From: an uncultured bacterium
GTDB taxonomy: Bacteria > Krumholzibacteriota > Krumholzibacteriia > LZORAL124-64-63
Assembly: GCA_963732385.1 (NCBI GenBank)
Contig: CAVSZB010000007.1
Coordinates: 1,532,957-1,596,956, forward strand
Reading direction: 5' to 3'
DNA: 64,000 nt
In this document: piece after piece, positions 12,041 to 20,374 of the stretch
Layout: every line of letters begins with the position of its first letter
How positions within the stretch are numbered: the stretch's first letter is position 1
Position numbers and translations under genes: made by a program
Notes under the pieces: generated by a model
What the model was told of the DNA's origin: nothing
Seen by the model: the letters and a program-made list of their open reading frames with translations, nothing else
Database searches by the model: none

Positions 12041-13141
12041 ATGCAATGTCCACTCCGACTCCGCGGCGCCATCCGGACTCTGATGTCCGCGCTCGCGTCC
12101 GCCCTCGTGCTTGCGCTCGCGTTCGCGCTCTCCGCGTCCGCCGGCCTGCCGACAGCCGCCACGACCCGCGCTTCCACGTATGCCGTCCCCAAGGACGACC
12201 GCTCTCCCCTGATCGGCCCCTCCCCCGCGCGCCTGCCATTCGACTGCGACGGCGCCCCGGTCGTGACCATCGCCGCCGGCGCCGACTCGCTCGACGGCAC
12301 GACCGTGGGCGAGCCGGACCGCACCTCCGGCTACAGCTGCGTGGCGTGGGACGAAAGCGGTGGCGAAGCGATCTACCGCCTCGAAATCACGCAGGACGTC
12401 ACGCTCTCGATCACGCTCACCGACCTGACGGCCGACCTCGACCTGTTCCTGCTCTCCGCCTGCGACGGCGAGGCCTGCCTCGCTGCCGGCAGCCAGGGTT
12501 TCGCGGTGCGGACACCGCCGGGCAGCTATATCCTCACGGTGGACGGCTATCTGGGCGCGGCCGGCACCTTCCGTCTCCACTGGCGCGCCCTCGCGGCCGG
12601 GGTGCCGGCGGAGGTCTGCGAGGGGGGCGCCACAGCCGTCACCTGCGCCGGCACGCCTGCCGAGTTCCTCACTTCGACCCTCTGGGACGCTCCCGACCTC
12701 GTCGAGATGTACGCCTGCGCCCCGATCCTCGCGCGCGGCGGCGAGGCGTGGTACGCGGTGACGATGGCCGACAGCTCCAATTTCACCGCTCTGGTGTCCG
12801 ATCAGTTGTTCGACGCGGCGATCTGGCTGTTCGACGGCTGCGGCCCCGACGCCCTCTGCCTCGCCTTCATCGACGCCACCGCTGCGGGCAGCCCGGAAGA
12901 ACTCCGCTTCACCAACAGCACCGACGCGCAGCGGACCGTCTATCTCGCCGTCGATGCCATCCGGCCCATCCCCGACCTCTACAGTGGCGGCTACAGTCTG
13001 CGGATCTCCTGCTCCAAACCGGTCGTCGTGCCGATCCTGCGCACGAGCTGGGGGGCGATCAAGGGGCTGTACGGCCCGCGGGGGGGCGGCGCCGGCCCCG
13101 TCACCGGAGCTTCGGGGACGACAGGGAAGATCCGCCGCTGA
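12041..13141 (+). CDS. Secreted Cys-containing protein with two PPC-like beta-sandwich repeats and a C-terminal SWGAIKGLY motif
   Basis: Signal-peptide-like N-terminus; repeated units SGYSC..SGGEAIY..DLDLFLL..C..CLA..GSYILTVDG and EMYAC..GGEAWY..DAAIWLF..C..CLA..TVYLAVDA. Confidence 0.7.
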   Translation: MQCPLRLRGAIRTLMSALASALVLALAFALSASAGLPTAATTRASTYAVPKDDRSPLIGPSPARLPFDCDGAPVVTIAAGADSLDGTTVGEPDRTSGYSCVAWDESGGEAIYRLEITQDVTLSITLTDLTADLDLFLLSACDGEACLAAGSQGFAVRTPPGSYILTVDGYLGAAGTFRLHWRALAAGVPAEVCEGGATAVTCAGTPAEFLTSTLWDAPDLVEMYACAPILARGGEAWYAVTMADSSNFTALVSDQLFDAAIWLFDGCGPDALCLAFIDATAAGSPEELRFTNSTDAQRTVYLAVDAIRPIPDLYSGGYSLRISCSKPVVVPILRTSWGAIKGLYGPRGGGAGPVTGASGTTGKIRR

Positions 13142-13168
13142 CCTCGGTGTGTGTTGTGTGGGGGGGGC

Positions 13169-13497
13169 GGGCGACGGGCCATCCTGACAGAGGTTGCTAC
13201 GGGAGCAAAAAGTGCGCGACCCGGAGCAGCGCGCCGTGGGCGACGGGCCATCCTGACAGAGACTGCTATGGGAGCAAAAAGTGCGCAACCCGGAGCGGTG
13301 CCGTGCGGCCAAAGGTGTCAACCTGACGTGACCGCATCTGTCCCTATTCCCAACGCACTTTTTGCAGCCGTAGCAGCCGCTGTTCGGATGAACGTCGGGC
13401 CCCCTGTCGACACCCCGCGGCCCGCGCACTTTTTGCAGCCGTAGCAACCGCTGTTCGGATAGGCCGCGGGGAACCCGTCACCACCCCGCGGCCCGCG
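13169..13497. repeat. Four-copy 38-bp repeat cluster arranged direct-direct-inverted-inverted (REP/BIME- or MITE-like)
   Basis: Cores at 13181-13218 and 13250-13287 (+), and 13352-13389 and 13423-13460 (-). Consensus ATCCnnACAGnGnyTGCTAyGGnnGCAAAAAGTGCG. Confidence 0.9.
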
Positions 13498-13552
13498 GAA
13501 CGCAACCCCGCCGCTTGATTCCGGGACCGTCGTCCCGTACTGTTCGAGCGCC

Positions 13553-15466
13553 ATGTCATCAAAAGCGACGGAGCGCGCCGGGAAACCCGCCAGGAAGCGG
13601 GCCCCGTCATCCCCCAGCAAGTCCCGCCAGACCGCCGCGCCGCGCCGGGAGCGCGCGCGTGGGCCGGCCACGGCACAGGATCTTGCGCTCCGGCAGCGCG
13701 AAATTTCCATCAGCGAGTTCTTCACCAAGAACCGCCATCTGCTCGGTTTCGATTCCCCCGCCAAGGCGCTTCTGACCGCCACCAAGGAGGCCGTCGACAA
13801 TTCGCTCGACGCCTGCGAGGAGGCCGGAATCCTGCCCGACGTGCGGGTCGAGATCACCGCGCTCGGCGACGGCAACGGTGGCGACATCGGCGGAGGCGCC
13901 GGGAGTGGCGGCAGCGCCGGCACGGCAGCGAAGGCGGCCGGCAGCGCCCGCGCCGCTCAGGTGGCCCTCAGCCTCGACGCGGACGACGACGAATTACCTG
14001 GCCCGCGTGGCGCCGGGGCCGGGGCCGGGGCCGGCAACGGCGGTGGCGCAGCCGGCAACAGCGGGCGCACAGGGCGCAGCGGCAGCGGCAGCGGCAGCGG
14101 CGCGCCGGGCGGAGTCGCGCGCGAGGAGCGGTTCCGGCTCGCCATCGAGGACAACGGGCCGGGCATCGTGCGCGAGCAGATCCCGCGGATCTTCGGAAAA
14201 CTGCTCTACGGCTCGAAGTTCCACAGCCTCAAGCAGAGCCGCGGGCAGCAGGGGATCGGGATCTCGGCGGCCGGGATGTACGGCCAGCTCACGACCGGCA
14301 AGCCGGTCATCATCATCAGCCGAACCGGAGAGAAACAGCCGGCGCACCGCTGCGAACTGGTCCTCGACATGAAGAAGAACGAGCCGGTCCTCCTGACCGA
14401 CCAGGTCGTGGAGTGGGGCCCGGCGCACGGCACCCGCGTGGAGATCGAACTGACCGGTTCCTACAAGCGCGGGCAGCACTCCGTCGACACCTATCTGCAG
14501 CAGACGGCGGTGGCCAACCCGCACGTCTGCCTGACCTACCGCTCGCCTCGCGGCGAGGAGACGACCTGGCCGCGCGCGGCGGACACGCTGCCGCCCGAAG
14601 CAACGGAGATCCAGCCGCACCCGCACGGGGTGGAGCTCGGGCTGTTGATGCGGATGCTCAAGGAGACGCGCAGCCGCAACCTGGCCGCGTTCCTGAAGCA
14701 GGAGTTCTGCCGCGTCGGGCCCAAGACCGCCGACACGATCCTCGCCACGGCGAAGCTGCCGCCAGGCCGCAGTCCGCGGCACATGGGCCAGGAAGAGGTG
14801 CAGCGGCTGCTCGACGCCATCGCCGGCACGCGCATCCCGGCGCCGCCCACCGACTGTCTCTCGCCGATCGGCGAGAAGCTGATTCTGGCGGCGCTGCAAC
14901 AACGCTTCCCGGCCGATTTCCACACCGCCGTCACGCGACCTCCGGCCGTCTACCGCGGCAACCCGTTCCAGATCGAGGTGGGGATCGCCTACGGTGGCTC
15001 GCTGCCGGCCGACGAACTGGCGCAGGTGATGCGCTTCGCCAACCGGGTGCCACTGCTCTACCAGGCTTCGGGTTGCGTGATCAGCAAGTCCGTGCTGGGC
15101 ACCAACTGGCGATCGTACGGGCTGCAGCAGAGCCGCGGCGCGCCGCCGACCGGACCGCTCGTGGTCTTCGTGCACATGGCGTCGGTGTGGGTGCCGTTCA
15201 CCTCCGAGAGCAAGGAGGCGGTGGCCGGCTATCCGGAGATCGTGCGGGAGGTGCGACTCGCGCTGCAGGAGGCGGGGCGACAGCTGCAGCGACACGTCCG
15301 CCGCCAGGTGCGCGAGCGCGACGCCTGGAAGAAGCAGAGCTACATCCAGAAGTACATCCCGCACATCGGCGAGGCGCTGCAGGAGATCCTGGCGTTGCAG
15401 GATCCCGAGAAGCTCGAAATCGTCGCGACGCTCACCGACACGCTCGAGCGTAGCCGGAAAATCTGA
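13553..15466 (+). CDS. top6B: DNA topoisomerase VI subunit B (type IIB)
   Basis: REISISEFFTKNRHLLGFD, KEAVDNSLDACEE (N box), EDNGPGI (G1), FGKLLYGSKF, QSRGQQGIGIS, PHPHGV, RFANRVPLLY, VPFTSESKEA. Confidence 0.95.
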   Translation: MSSKATERAGKPARKRAPSSPSKSRQTAAPRRERARGPATAQDLALRQREISISEFFTKNRHLLGFDSPAKALLTATKEAVDNSLDACEEAGILPDVRVEITALGDGNGGDIGGGAGSGGSAGTAAKAAGSARAAQVALSLDADDDELPGPRGAGAGAGAGNGGGAAGNSGRTGRSGSGSGSGAPGGVAREERFRLAIEDNGPGIVREQIPRIFGKLLYGSKFHSLKQSRGQQGIGISAAGMYGQLTTGKPVIIISRTGEKQPAHRCELVLDMKKNEPVLLTDQVVEWGPAHGTRVEIELTGSYKRGQHSVDTYLQQTAVANPHVCLTYRSPRGEETTWPRAADTLPPEATEIQPHPHGVELGLLMRMLKETRSRNLAAFLKQEFCRVGPKTADTILATAKLPPGRSPRHMGQEEVQRLLDAIAGTRIPAPPTDCLSPIGEKLILAALQQRFPADFHTAVTRPPAVYRGNPFQIEVGIAYGGSLPADELAQVMRFANRVPLLYQASGCVISKSVLGTNWRSYGLQQSRGAPPTGPLVVFVHMASVWVPFTSESKEAVAGYPEIVREVRLALQEAGRQLQRHVRRQVRERDAWKKQSYIQKYIPHIGEALQEILALQDPEKLEIVATLTDTLERSRKI

Positions 15467-15486
15467 ACCGGGGGCGGCCCGGTTTT
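15466..15486 (+). terminator. Possible weak intrinsic terminator or pause hairpin after top6B
   Basis: AACCGGG-ggcgg-CCCGGTT followed by TT (short U tract). Confidence 0.3.
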
Positions 15487-15494
15487 CCCGCGAG

Positions 15495-17024
15495 GTGACC
15501 GTGAACACGGAATACGCACGTTTTCTGCTGCTCGCGCGCGAGATCCGCGACCTTGGCGCCACCGGCGCCCTGCTCGCCTGGGACCAGGAGGTGCTGCTCC
15601 CGCCGAAGGGGCTGGCGGCGCGGGCGCGCCACCGCGCGGCGCTGGCGGGGGTCGTCCACGAGAAGATGTGCGCGCCGATGTATGGCGAGCTGGTGGACGA
15701 CCTGGCGGCCTCTGGCGAGTTCGGCGGGCTCGGCGGCCAGGCCGACCACGCCGCGACCGCGGTGCGCGAGGCCAAACGCGACCGCGACCGCGCCGTGAAG
15801 ATCCCTCACGCGCTCGTCACCGAGCTGGCCGAGGCGACGAGCCTCTCGCAGCAGGCGTGGCAGGAGGCCCGCGCGCGCGACGACTGGCCGGCGTTCGCCC
15901 CCCACCTCGCGCGGCTCGTCGCGCTGAAGCGGCGGGAGGCGGCGGCCGTCGGACATGAGGGGGAGCCATACAACGCGCTCCTCGACGAATTCGAGCCGGG
16001 CGCGCGGGTGGAGGCGCTGGCGCCGCTGCTGAGCGGCCTGGCGGCGGAGATCGTGCCGCTGATCACCGCCATCGGCGAGGCGCGGGCGCGCGCGGCCGAA
16101 GATCCCGGCGCGCTGCTGCGCGGCGATTTCGACGTGGTCCGGCAGGAACAGTTCTCGCGCGAAGTGCTGGCCGGCATGGGCTTCGACCTGACCGCGGGGC
16201 GTCTCGACGTCTCGACGCACCCGTTCACCTCCGGCACCGGACCGGGCGACGTCCGTCTCACCACCCGCTACGACCCTTGTGATCTGCGGGTCGGCCTCTA
16301 CGCCACGATCCACGAGGGCGGACACGGGCTTTACGAACAGGGCATCCCCGCCGAGTTCGAGGGGACGCCGCTGGGGGACTGCGCGAGCCTGGGCATCCAT
16401 GAATCGCAGTCGCGTCTGTGGGAGAACTTCGTCGGCCGCAGCCTCGCCTTCTGGGAGCACTGGGCGCTTCGCGCGCGGGAGCTGTTCCCCGAGCGCCTCG
16501 GCCGCGCCACGCCCGAGGCGCTGCACCGCGCGGTGAACGAGGTGCGACCGTCGCTCATCCGCATCGAAGCCGACGAGGCCACCTACAACCTGCACATCGC
16601 GCTGCGGCTGGAGCTGGAGCGGGCGCTGCTGGCGGGCGAGATCGAGACGGCCGACCTGCCGGCGCTCTGGAACGCGCGCCTGCAGTCGATCCTGGGCCTC
16701 ACGCCGGCCACGAACCGCGAGGGGGTCCTGCAGGACATCCACTGGGCCTGCGGACTGTTCGGATACTTCCCCACCTACACCCTCGGCAACCTGTACGCCG
16801 CGCAATTGCGCGAGGCGGCCGCCGCGGCGCTCGGCGATCTCGACGCCCTGATCGCCCGGGGCGACACGGCGCCGCTGCTGGCCTGGCTGCGCGCGAACAT
16901 CCACGCGCGGGGACGCCTGCTGCGCGCCGGCGCGCTCTGCCGGGAGGCGACCGGCCGGGATCTCGAAACCGCGCCGTTCGTGCGCTATCTGAAGGGCAAG
17001 TTCGGAGCCTTGTACGGGGTCTGA
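15495..17024 (+). CDS. Carboxypeptidase M32 (carboxypeptidase Taq family)
   Basis: LLAWDQE, HPF, DVRLTTRY, HEGGHGLYEQ (HExxH), HESQSRLWEN, IRIEADE, GVLQDIHW, GYFPTYTLGN. Confidence 0.95.
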   Translation: MTVNTEYARFLLLAREIRDLGATGALLAWDQEVLLPPKGLAARARHRAALAGVVHEKMCAPMYGELVDDLAASGEFGGLGGQADHAATAVREAKRDRDRAVKIPHALVTELAEATSLSQQAWQEARARDDWPAFAPHLARLVALKRREAAAVGHEGEPYNALLDEFEPGARVEALAPLLSGLAAEIVPLITAIGEARARAAEDPGALLRGDFDVVRQEQFSREVLAGMGFDLTAGRLDVSTHPFTSGTGPGDVRLTTRYDPCDLRVGLYATIHEGGHGLYEQGIPAEFEGTPLGDCASLGIHESQSRLWENFVGRSLAFWEHWALRARELFPERLGRATPEALHRAVNEVRPSLIRIEADEATYNLHIALRLELERALLAGEIETADLPALWNARLQSILGLTPATNREGVLQDIHWACGLFGYFPTYTLGNLYAAQLREAAAAALGDLDALIARGDTAPLLAWLRANIHARGRLLRAGALCREATGRDLETAPFVRYLKGKFGALYGV

Positions 17025-17086
17025 CCGGAGGAAGCGGAGGGGTCGTGGGCGACCTGAGCGAGCGCGAGCGCCACGGGAGAAGCATC

Positions 17087-18403
17087 GTGAAGAAGAAGAC
17101 CACGCAGGCGAAAATCGACGACCGGCTGAAGGGCGCCACGGCCGGCGCCGAGGCCCAGCCGGAACTGGACTTCGTGCGGAAACGGGTCGTGCCGGCCATA
17201 TCGGCGCCGCCGGTTCCGCCAATCCAGCCGGCGGCGCGAGGACGCCGGGCGATCGCCGCACCGACACCCGGCGTGGCGCGCGCGGGGGCCGCGAAGGTTC
17301 CCGGTCGCGCCCCCGTCGGCGGGCCCGCGCTGGTGGCGCGCATCCGTACGCAGGCTTCGGGCATCCGGCAGACGATTCTCAAAGGCGACAAGCCGTCGCT
17401 CAAGTTCCCGCTGCGCAGCCTGCAGAACGTGCGTTACCTGCCGTCGGCCGGTTTCTTCGAACTGAAGGGGCGGCTCAAGGAGCGCACGCTGACGGTCAGC
17501 ACGGTCAAAACCTTCGCGCAGACGCTCAAGATGATGGCCCTGTCGAAGGAGCTGGTCGAAACCGACGACATCGCCACCAAGAGGGAAGCCTACTACGTCA
17601 GCAAGAACTGGGCGGACGCGCGCTTCACGGAGCAGCCGGAGTCCGACGCGGTGATGGACGACGTGGAGGCGCTGTTCGGCGTCAACCGCGAGCAGCTCGG
17701 CTTCATCCCCGAGGAGAAGGGGGGCGAGGTGGCCGGCCGCCTCGTCGTGATCGACCGCGACCGCGACACGGACGAGATCCTGCGCATCGACTGCACGAAG
17801 TTCGGCAGCGGCGCCTACTCGATCCCGATCTCGGTCGAGCGGCTCGGCTTCGAAACGGACGCGAAGTTCATCCTCTGCATCGAGACGGCCGGCATGTTCC
17901 AGCGCCTGGTCAAGCACAACTACTGGAAGACGGCCGACTGTATCCTCATCTCGCTCGGCGGGGTCCCGACCCGTGCGTGCCGCCGCTTCGTGCGCCGGCT
18001 GGCCGACGAGAAGAAGCTGCCGGTCTACGTCTTCGTCGACGGCGACCCCTACGGCTTCTCGAACATCTACCGCACGCTCAAGGTCGGCAGCGGCAACGCC
18101 GCGCACCTGAACGAATTCTTCTGCGTGCCGCAGGCGAGTTTTCTCGGCATCACGCCGCAGGACATCGTCGAGTACGAACTGCCGACACACCCGCTGAAGG
18201 ACGTCGACATCAAGCGCGCGAAGGATGCCCTGAAGAACGACCCCTTCGTCCTCCACCACAAGCCGTGGCAGCACGCGCTGCAGCAGATGATCAGGATGGG
18301 GGTCCGCGCCGAGCAACAGGCGCTCGCCAAGCACGGCCTCAACTACGTGATGGACGAGTACCTGCCGCAGAAGCTGAAGAAAACGGCGTCGTTCCTGCCG
18401 TAG
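17087..18403 (+). CDS. top6A: DNA topoisomerase VI subunit A (Spo11-like)
   Basis: TKREAYYVSK (catalytic Tyr), EQPESD, ILCIETAGMFQRL (Toprim Glu), GVPTRACRRF, VDGDPYG (DxD), AEQQAL. The GTG start is inferred from an RBS GGGAG; the longer ORF-track start overlaps the M32 gene. Confidence 0.93.
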   Translation: MKKKTTQAKIDDRLKGATAGAEAQPELDFVRKRVVPAISAPPVPPIQPAARGRRAIAAPTPGVARAGAAKVPGRAPVGGPALVARIRTQASGIRQTILKGDKPSLKFPLRSLQNVRYLPSAGFFELKGRLKERTLTVSTVKTFAQTLKMMALSKELVETDDIATKREAYYVSKNWADARFTEQPESDAVMDDVEALFGVNREQLGFIPEEKGGEVAGRLVVIDRDRDTDEILRIDCTKFGSGAYSIPISVERLGFETDAKFILCIETAGMFQRLVKHNYWKTADCILISLGGVPTRACRRFVRRLADEKKLPVYVFVDGDPYGFSNIYRTLKVGSGNAAHLNEFFCVPQASFLGITPQDIVEYELPTHPLKDVDIKRAKDALKNDPFVLHHKPWQHALQQMIRMGVRAEQQALAKHGLNYVMDEYLPQKLKKTASFLP

Positions 18404-18431
18404 CCGTCAGCCCGAATCGCAAAGGAGTCCC

Positions 18432-19076
18432 GTGCGTTTCATCCTGGTCTGCCCGCGAACCGTGTTGTTCCCCGGACTCAGCCCCCAGGGCTTCCTGCCG
18501 CGCGGCGCGCTCGATCTGGACGCGCTGGCGGCGCGCTGTTTCTTCGCCGAGCGCGAGGTGATGGAACGCTGCTCGCACTTCAAGCAGATCATCCCATACC
18601 TCGTCCTCACCCGCGGCGATCGCGTTCTGGCCTACCAGCGCCGGGGGGACCACACGGAAAAGCGCCTCGGCGGGCTCTGGTCGCTCGGCTTCGGAGGTCA
18701 CATCGAACCGCTCGACCGCGCCGAGTCCGGGGTGGCCACGCTCGGCCTGGTGCGCGCCGCCGCGCTGCGCGAACTGACCGAGGAGACCGGTCTGGCCGTG
18801 CCGCCCGCCAGTCTCGTGGCGGCGGGCTTCATCAACTCGGACCGCGAGGATGTGTCGAGCGTGCACCTGGGCGTGGTGTACCGCGTCGATCTCGGCGCGC
18901 TGCCCGACGACGACGACGCCATCGCGGCCACCGTGACCGCGCAGGCGGAGCCGCATCAGGTCCGCTGGCTGCCGGCCGCAGGGCTGGCGTCGCAGATCGG
19001 CCCCGGGCGCGCGCCCGACGACGGCACGTTCGAGGACTGGTCGCGCATCGTGGTCGAGGGGCTGTTTACGCGCTGA
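18432..19076 (+). CDS. NUDIX-family hydrolase (YmaB-like phosphoesterase)
   Basis: FKQIIPY, EKRL..SLGFGGHIE, AALRELTEETGL (Nudix box), VHLGVVY, FEDWS; RBS AAGGAG. Confidence 0.85.
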   Translation: MRFILVCPRTVLFPGLSPQGFLPRGALDLDALAARCFFAEREVMERCSHFKQIIPYLVLTRGDRVLAYQRRGDHTEKRLGGLWSLGFGGHIEPLDRAESGVATLGLVRAAALRELTEETGLAVPPASLVAAGFINSDREDVSSVHLGVVYRVDLGALPDDDDAIAATVTAQAEPHQVRWLPAAGLASQIGPGRAPDDGTFEDWSRIVVEGLFTR

Positions 19077-19662
19077 CGCCGACCAGCCGGTTCACGAGCG
19101 CGAGGCCCCGGTGGGCGTTGGATTCGTCCAGCCGGACTTCGTGCTCGACGGCCGTCGACCAGACCAGGCCGGCGAAATCGGCCTGCAGGTCGCGCAGGTC
19201 GTGCAGCAGCTCCGGCTGCTGCGGGCCGCCCGAGCCGCGTCCAAGCTGCCCCTTCGCGAACGACTCGAGGATCAGCGTGCCGCCGGGTCGCAGGGCCGCC
19301 ACCACCCGTGCGTGGACGGTTCGGCGAACGTCGGGCGGCAGATGCAGGTAGATCAGAGCCGCGAAATCGAACGGCCGGTCGTCCCACGGCACGACCGTGA
19401 CGTCGCCCAGCAGGTAGGTCAGCGCCACTCCCCGCTCGCGCGCCAGGCGGAGCGCCTTGTCGCGGCCGACGGCGCTGGCGTCCACCGCCAGCACCTCATG
19501 GCCAAGACGGGCGGCGTGAACCGCGTTGCGCCCCTCCCCCTCGCCCAGGAACAGACCGCGGCCGCGTGACAGCCGGGGCAGCTCCGCGGCCAGGAACTCA
19601 TTCGGTTCCGTGCCGTAAAAATACTCTTCCCCGGCGAAGCGCTCATCCCAGGTGGGGCACAT
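19066..19662 (-). CDS. Class I SAM-dependent methyltransferase (TehB-like)
   Basis: WDERF..YFYGTEPNEFL, LGEGEGRNAV, AVDASAVG, LRPGGTLILE, SGGP. Confidence 0.9.
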   Translation of the reverse strand: MCPTWDERFAGEEYFYGTEPNEFLAAELPRLSRGRGLFLGEGEGRNAVHAARLGHEVLAVDASAVGRDKALRLARERGVALTYLLGDVTVVPWDDRPFDFAALIYLHLPPDVRRTVHARVVAALRPGGTLILESFAKGQLGRGSGGPQQPELLHDLRDLQADFAGLVWSTAVEHEVRLDESNAHRGLALVNRLVGVSA

Positions 19663-19837
19663 GCGGACAACATCGGGCCGACCGGCGGTAGCGGCAAGCC
19701 GGCCCGCCCGCGCCCCTGGTCGCCTGGGAACAGGGACGCGGTTCTGTCCGGCGTCGCTTGCGGGAGGGTCCCCCGGGCGCTAACATGACTGTTGCCGATA
19801 TGCAAGATATGTTGACAGAATAGAAAGAGAGAGCGAA

Positions 19838-20305
19838 ATGGCATTCTTCTTCGGTCTGCTGGTCGGAGGTGCGCTTACGGCGTTCGTTTTCGTGACCCTC
19901 CTGCGCGAACGGATGCTCGCGGTCACGCCGAGCCGCTTCGCCACGGTCGAGGAGACCGTGACCGCGCTCGAACAGGGAATCGCCGCCGCCGACGGCTGGA
20001 GCAGTCCCGGCATCCGCGATCTGAACGGCATGTTGGCGAAGCACGGCGTGACCTTCGCGCCGAAGGTGCGCCTGGTCGAGATGTGCAAGGCGCGCTACGC
20101 GGCCGAGGTCCTGCAGGACGCCCGCGCGATGGCCACGCTGATGCCGTGCGCGCTGGCCGTCTACGCGGACGACGCCGGCAAGGTGTGGATCTCGCGGCTG
20201 AACAGCGGCCTGATGGCGAAGATGTTCGGCGGCACGGTCGCCCGCGTGATGGGCGGCGGGGTGGCGGTCGAGGAGGAGCGGATCCTCCACGCGCTGAAGG
20301 GCTGA
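19838..20305 (+). CDS. DUF302-domain protein
   Basis: N-terminal TM; FATVEETV, LVEMCKARYA, LMPCALAVY..GKVWISRLN. Confidence 0.8.
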   Translation: MAFFFGLLVGGALTAFVFVTLLRERMLAVTPSRFATVEETVTALEQGIAAADGWSSPGIRDLNGMLAKHGVTFAPKVRLVEMCKARYAAEVLQDARAMATLMPCALAVYADDAGKVWISRLNSGLMAKMFGGTVARVMGGGVAVEEERILHALKG

Positions 20306-20310
20306 CGAAC

Positions 20311-20345
20311 GCCGCGACCGGCGTCCCGGTGGAGCCGGTCGCGGC
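20311..20345. terminator. Hairpin between convergent DUF302 and YceI genes
   Basis: Perfect 12-bp stem GCCGCGACCGGC/GCCGGTCGCGGC with an 11-nt loop; no clear U tract. Confidence 0.55.
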
Positions 20346-20374
20346 ACAAGGTCAGACGGCCCGGAAGGTCAGCG

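Noticed and set aside
13181..13460. CRISPR array (38-bp repeats with 31- and 33-bp spacers)
   Set aside because: Orientation flips mid-cluster, the would-be spacers are partly duplicated flanks, the copies are diverged, and there are no cas genes or leader in the window.
13151..13460. Cys-rich peptide repeat (GCYGxKKC) encoded by the repeats on both strands
   Set aside because: It is a by-product of the DNA repeat symmetry; there is no RBS or coherent ORF, and it appears only in shadow frames.
13865..14120. Intein in Top6B
   Set aside because: No N-terminal splicing block, no His-Asn end and no endonuclease motifs; the insert is simple low-complexity sequence.
16418..17086. Long N-terminal extension of Top6A, or an M32-Top6A fusion
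   Set aside because: It overlaps the M32 gene in another frame and reads as Arg/Ala-rich shadow sequence; M32 has its own stop at 17024 and a plausible RBS plus GTG exists at 17087.
19794..19801. Third sigma28-like site (GCCGATAT) upstream of DUF302
   Set aside because: No matching -35 element 15-16 bp upstream.
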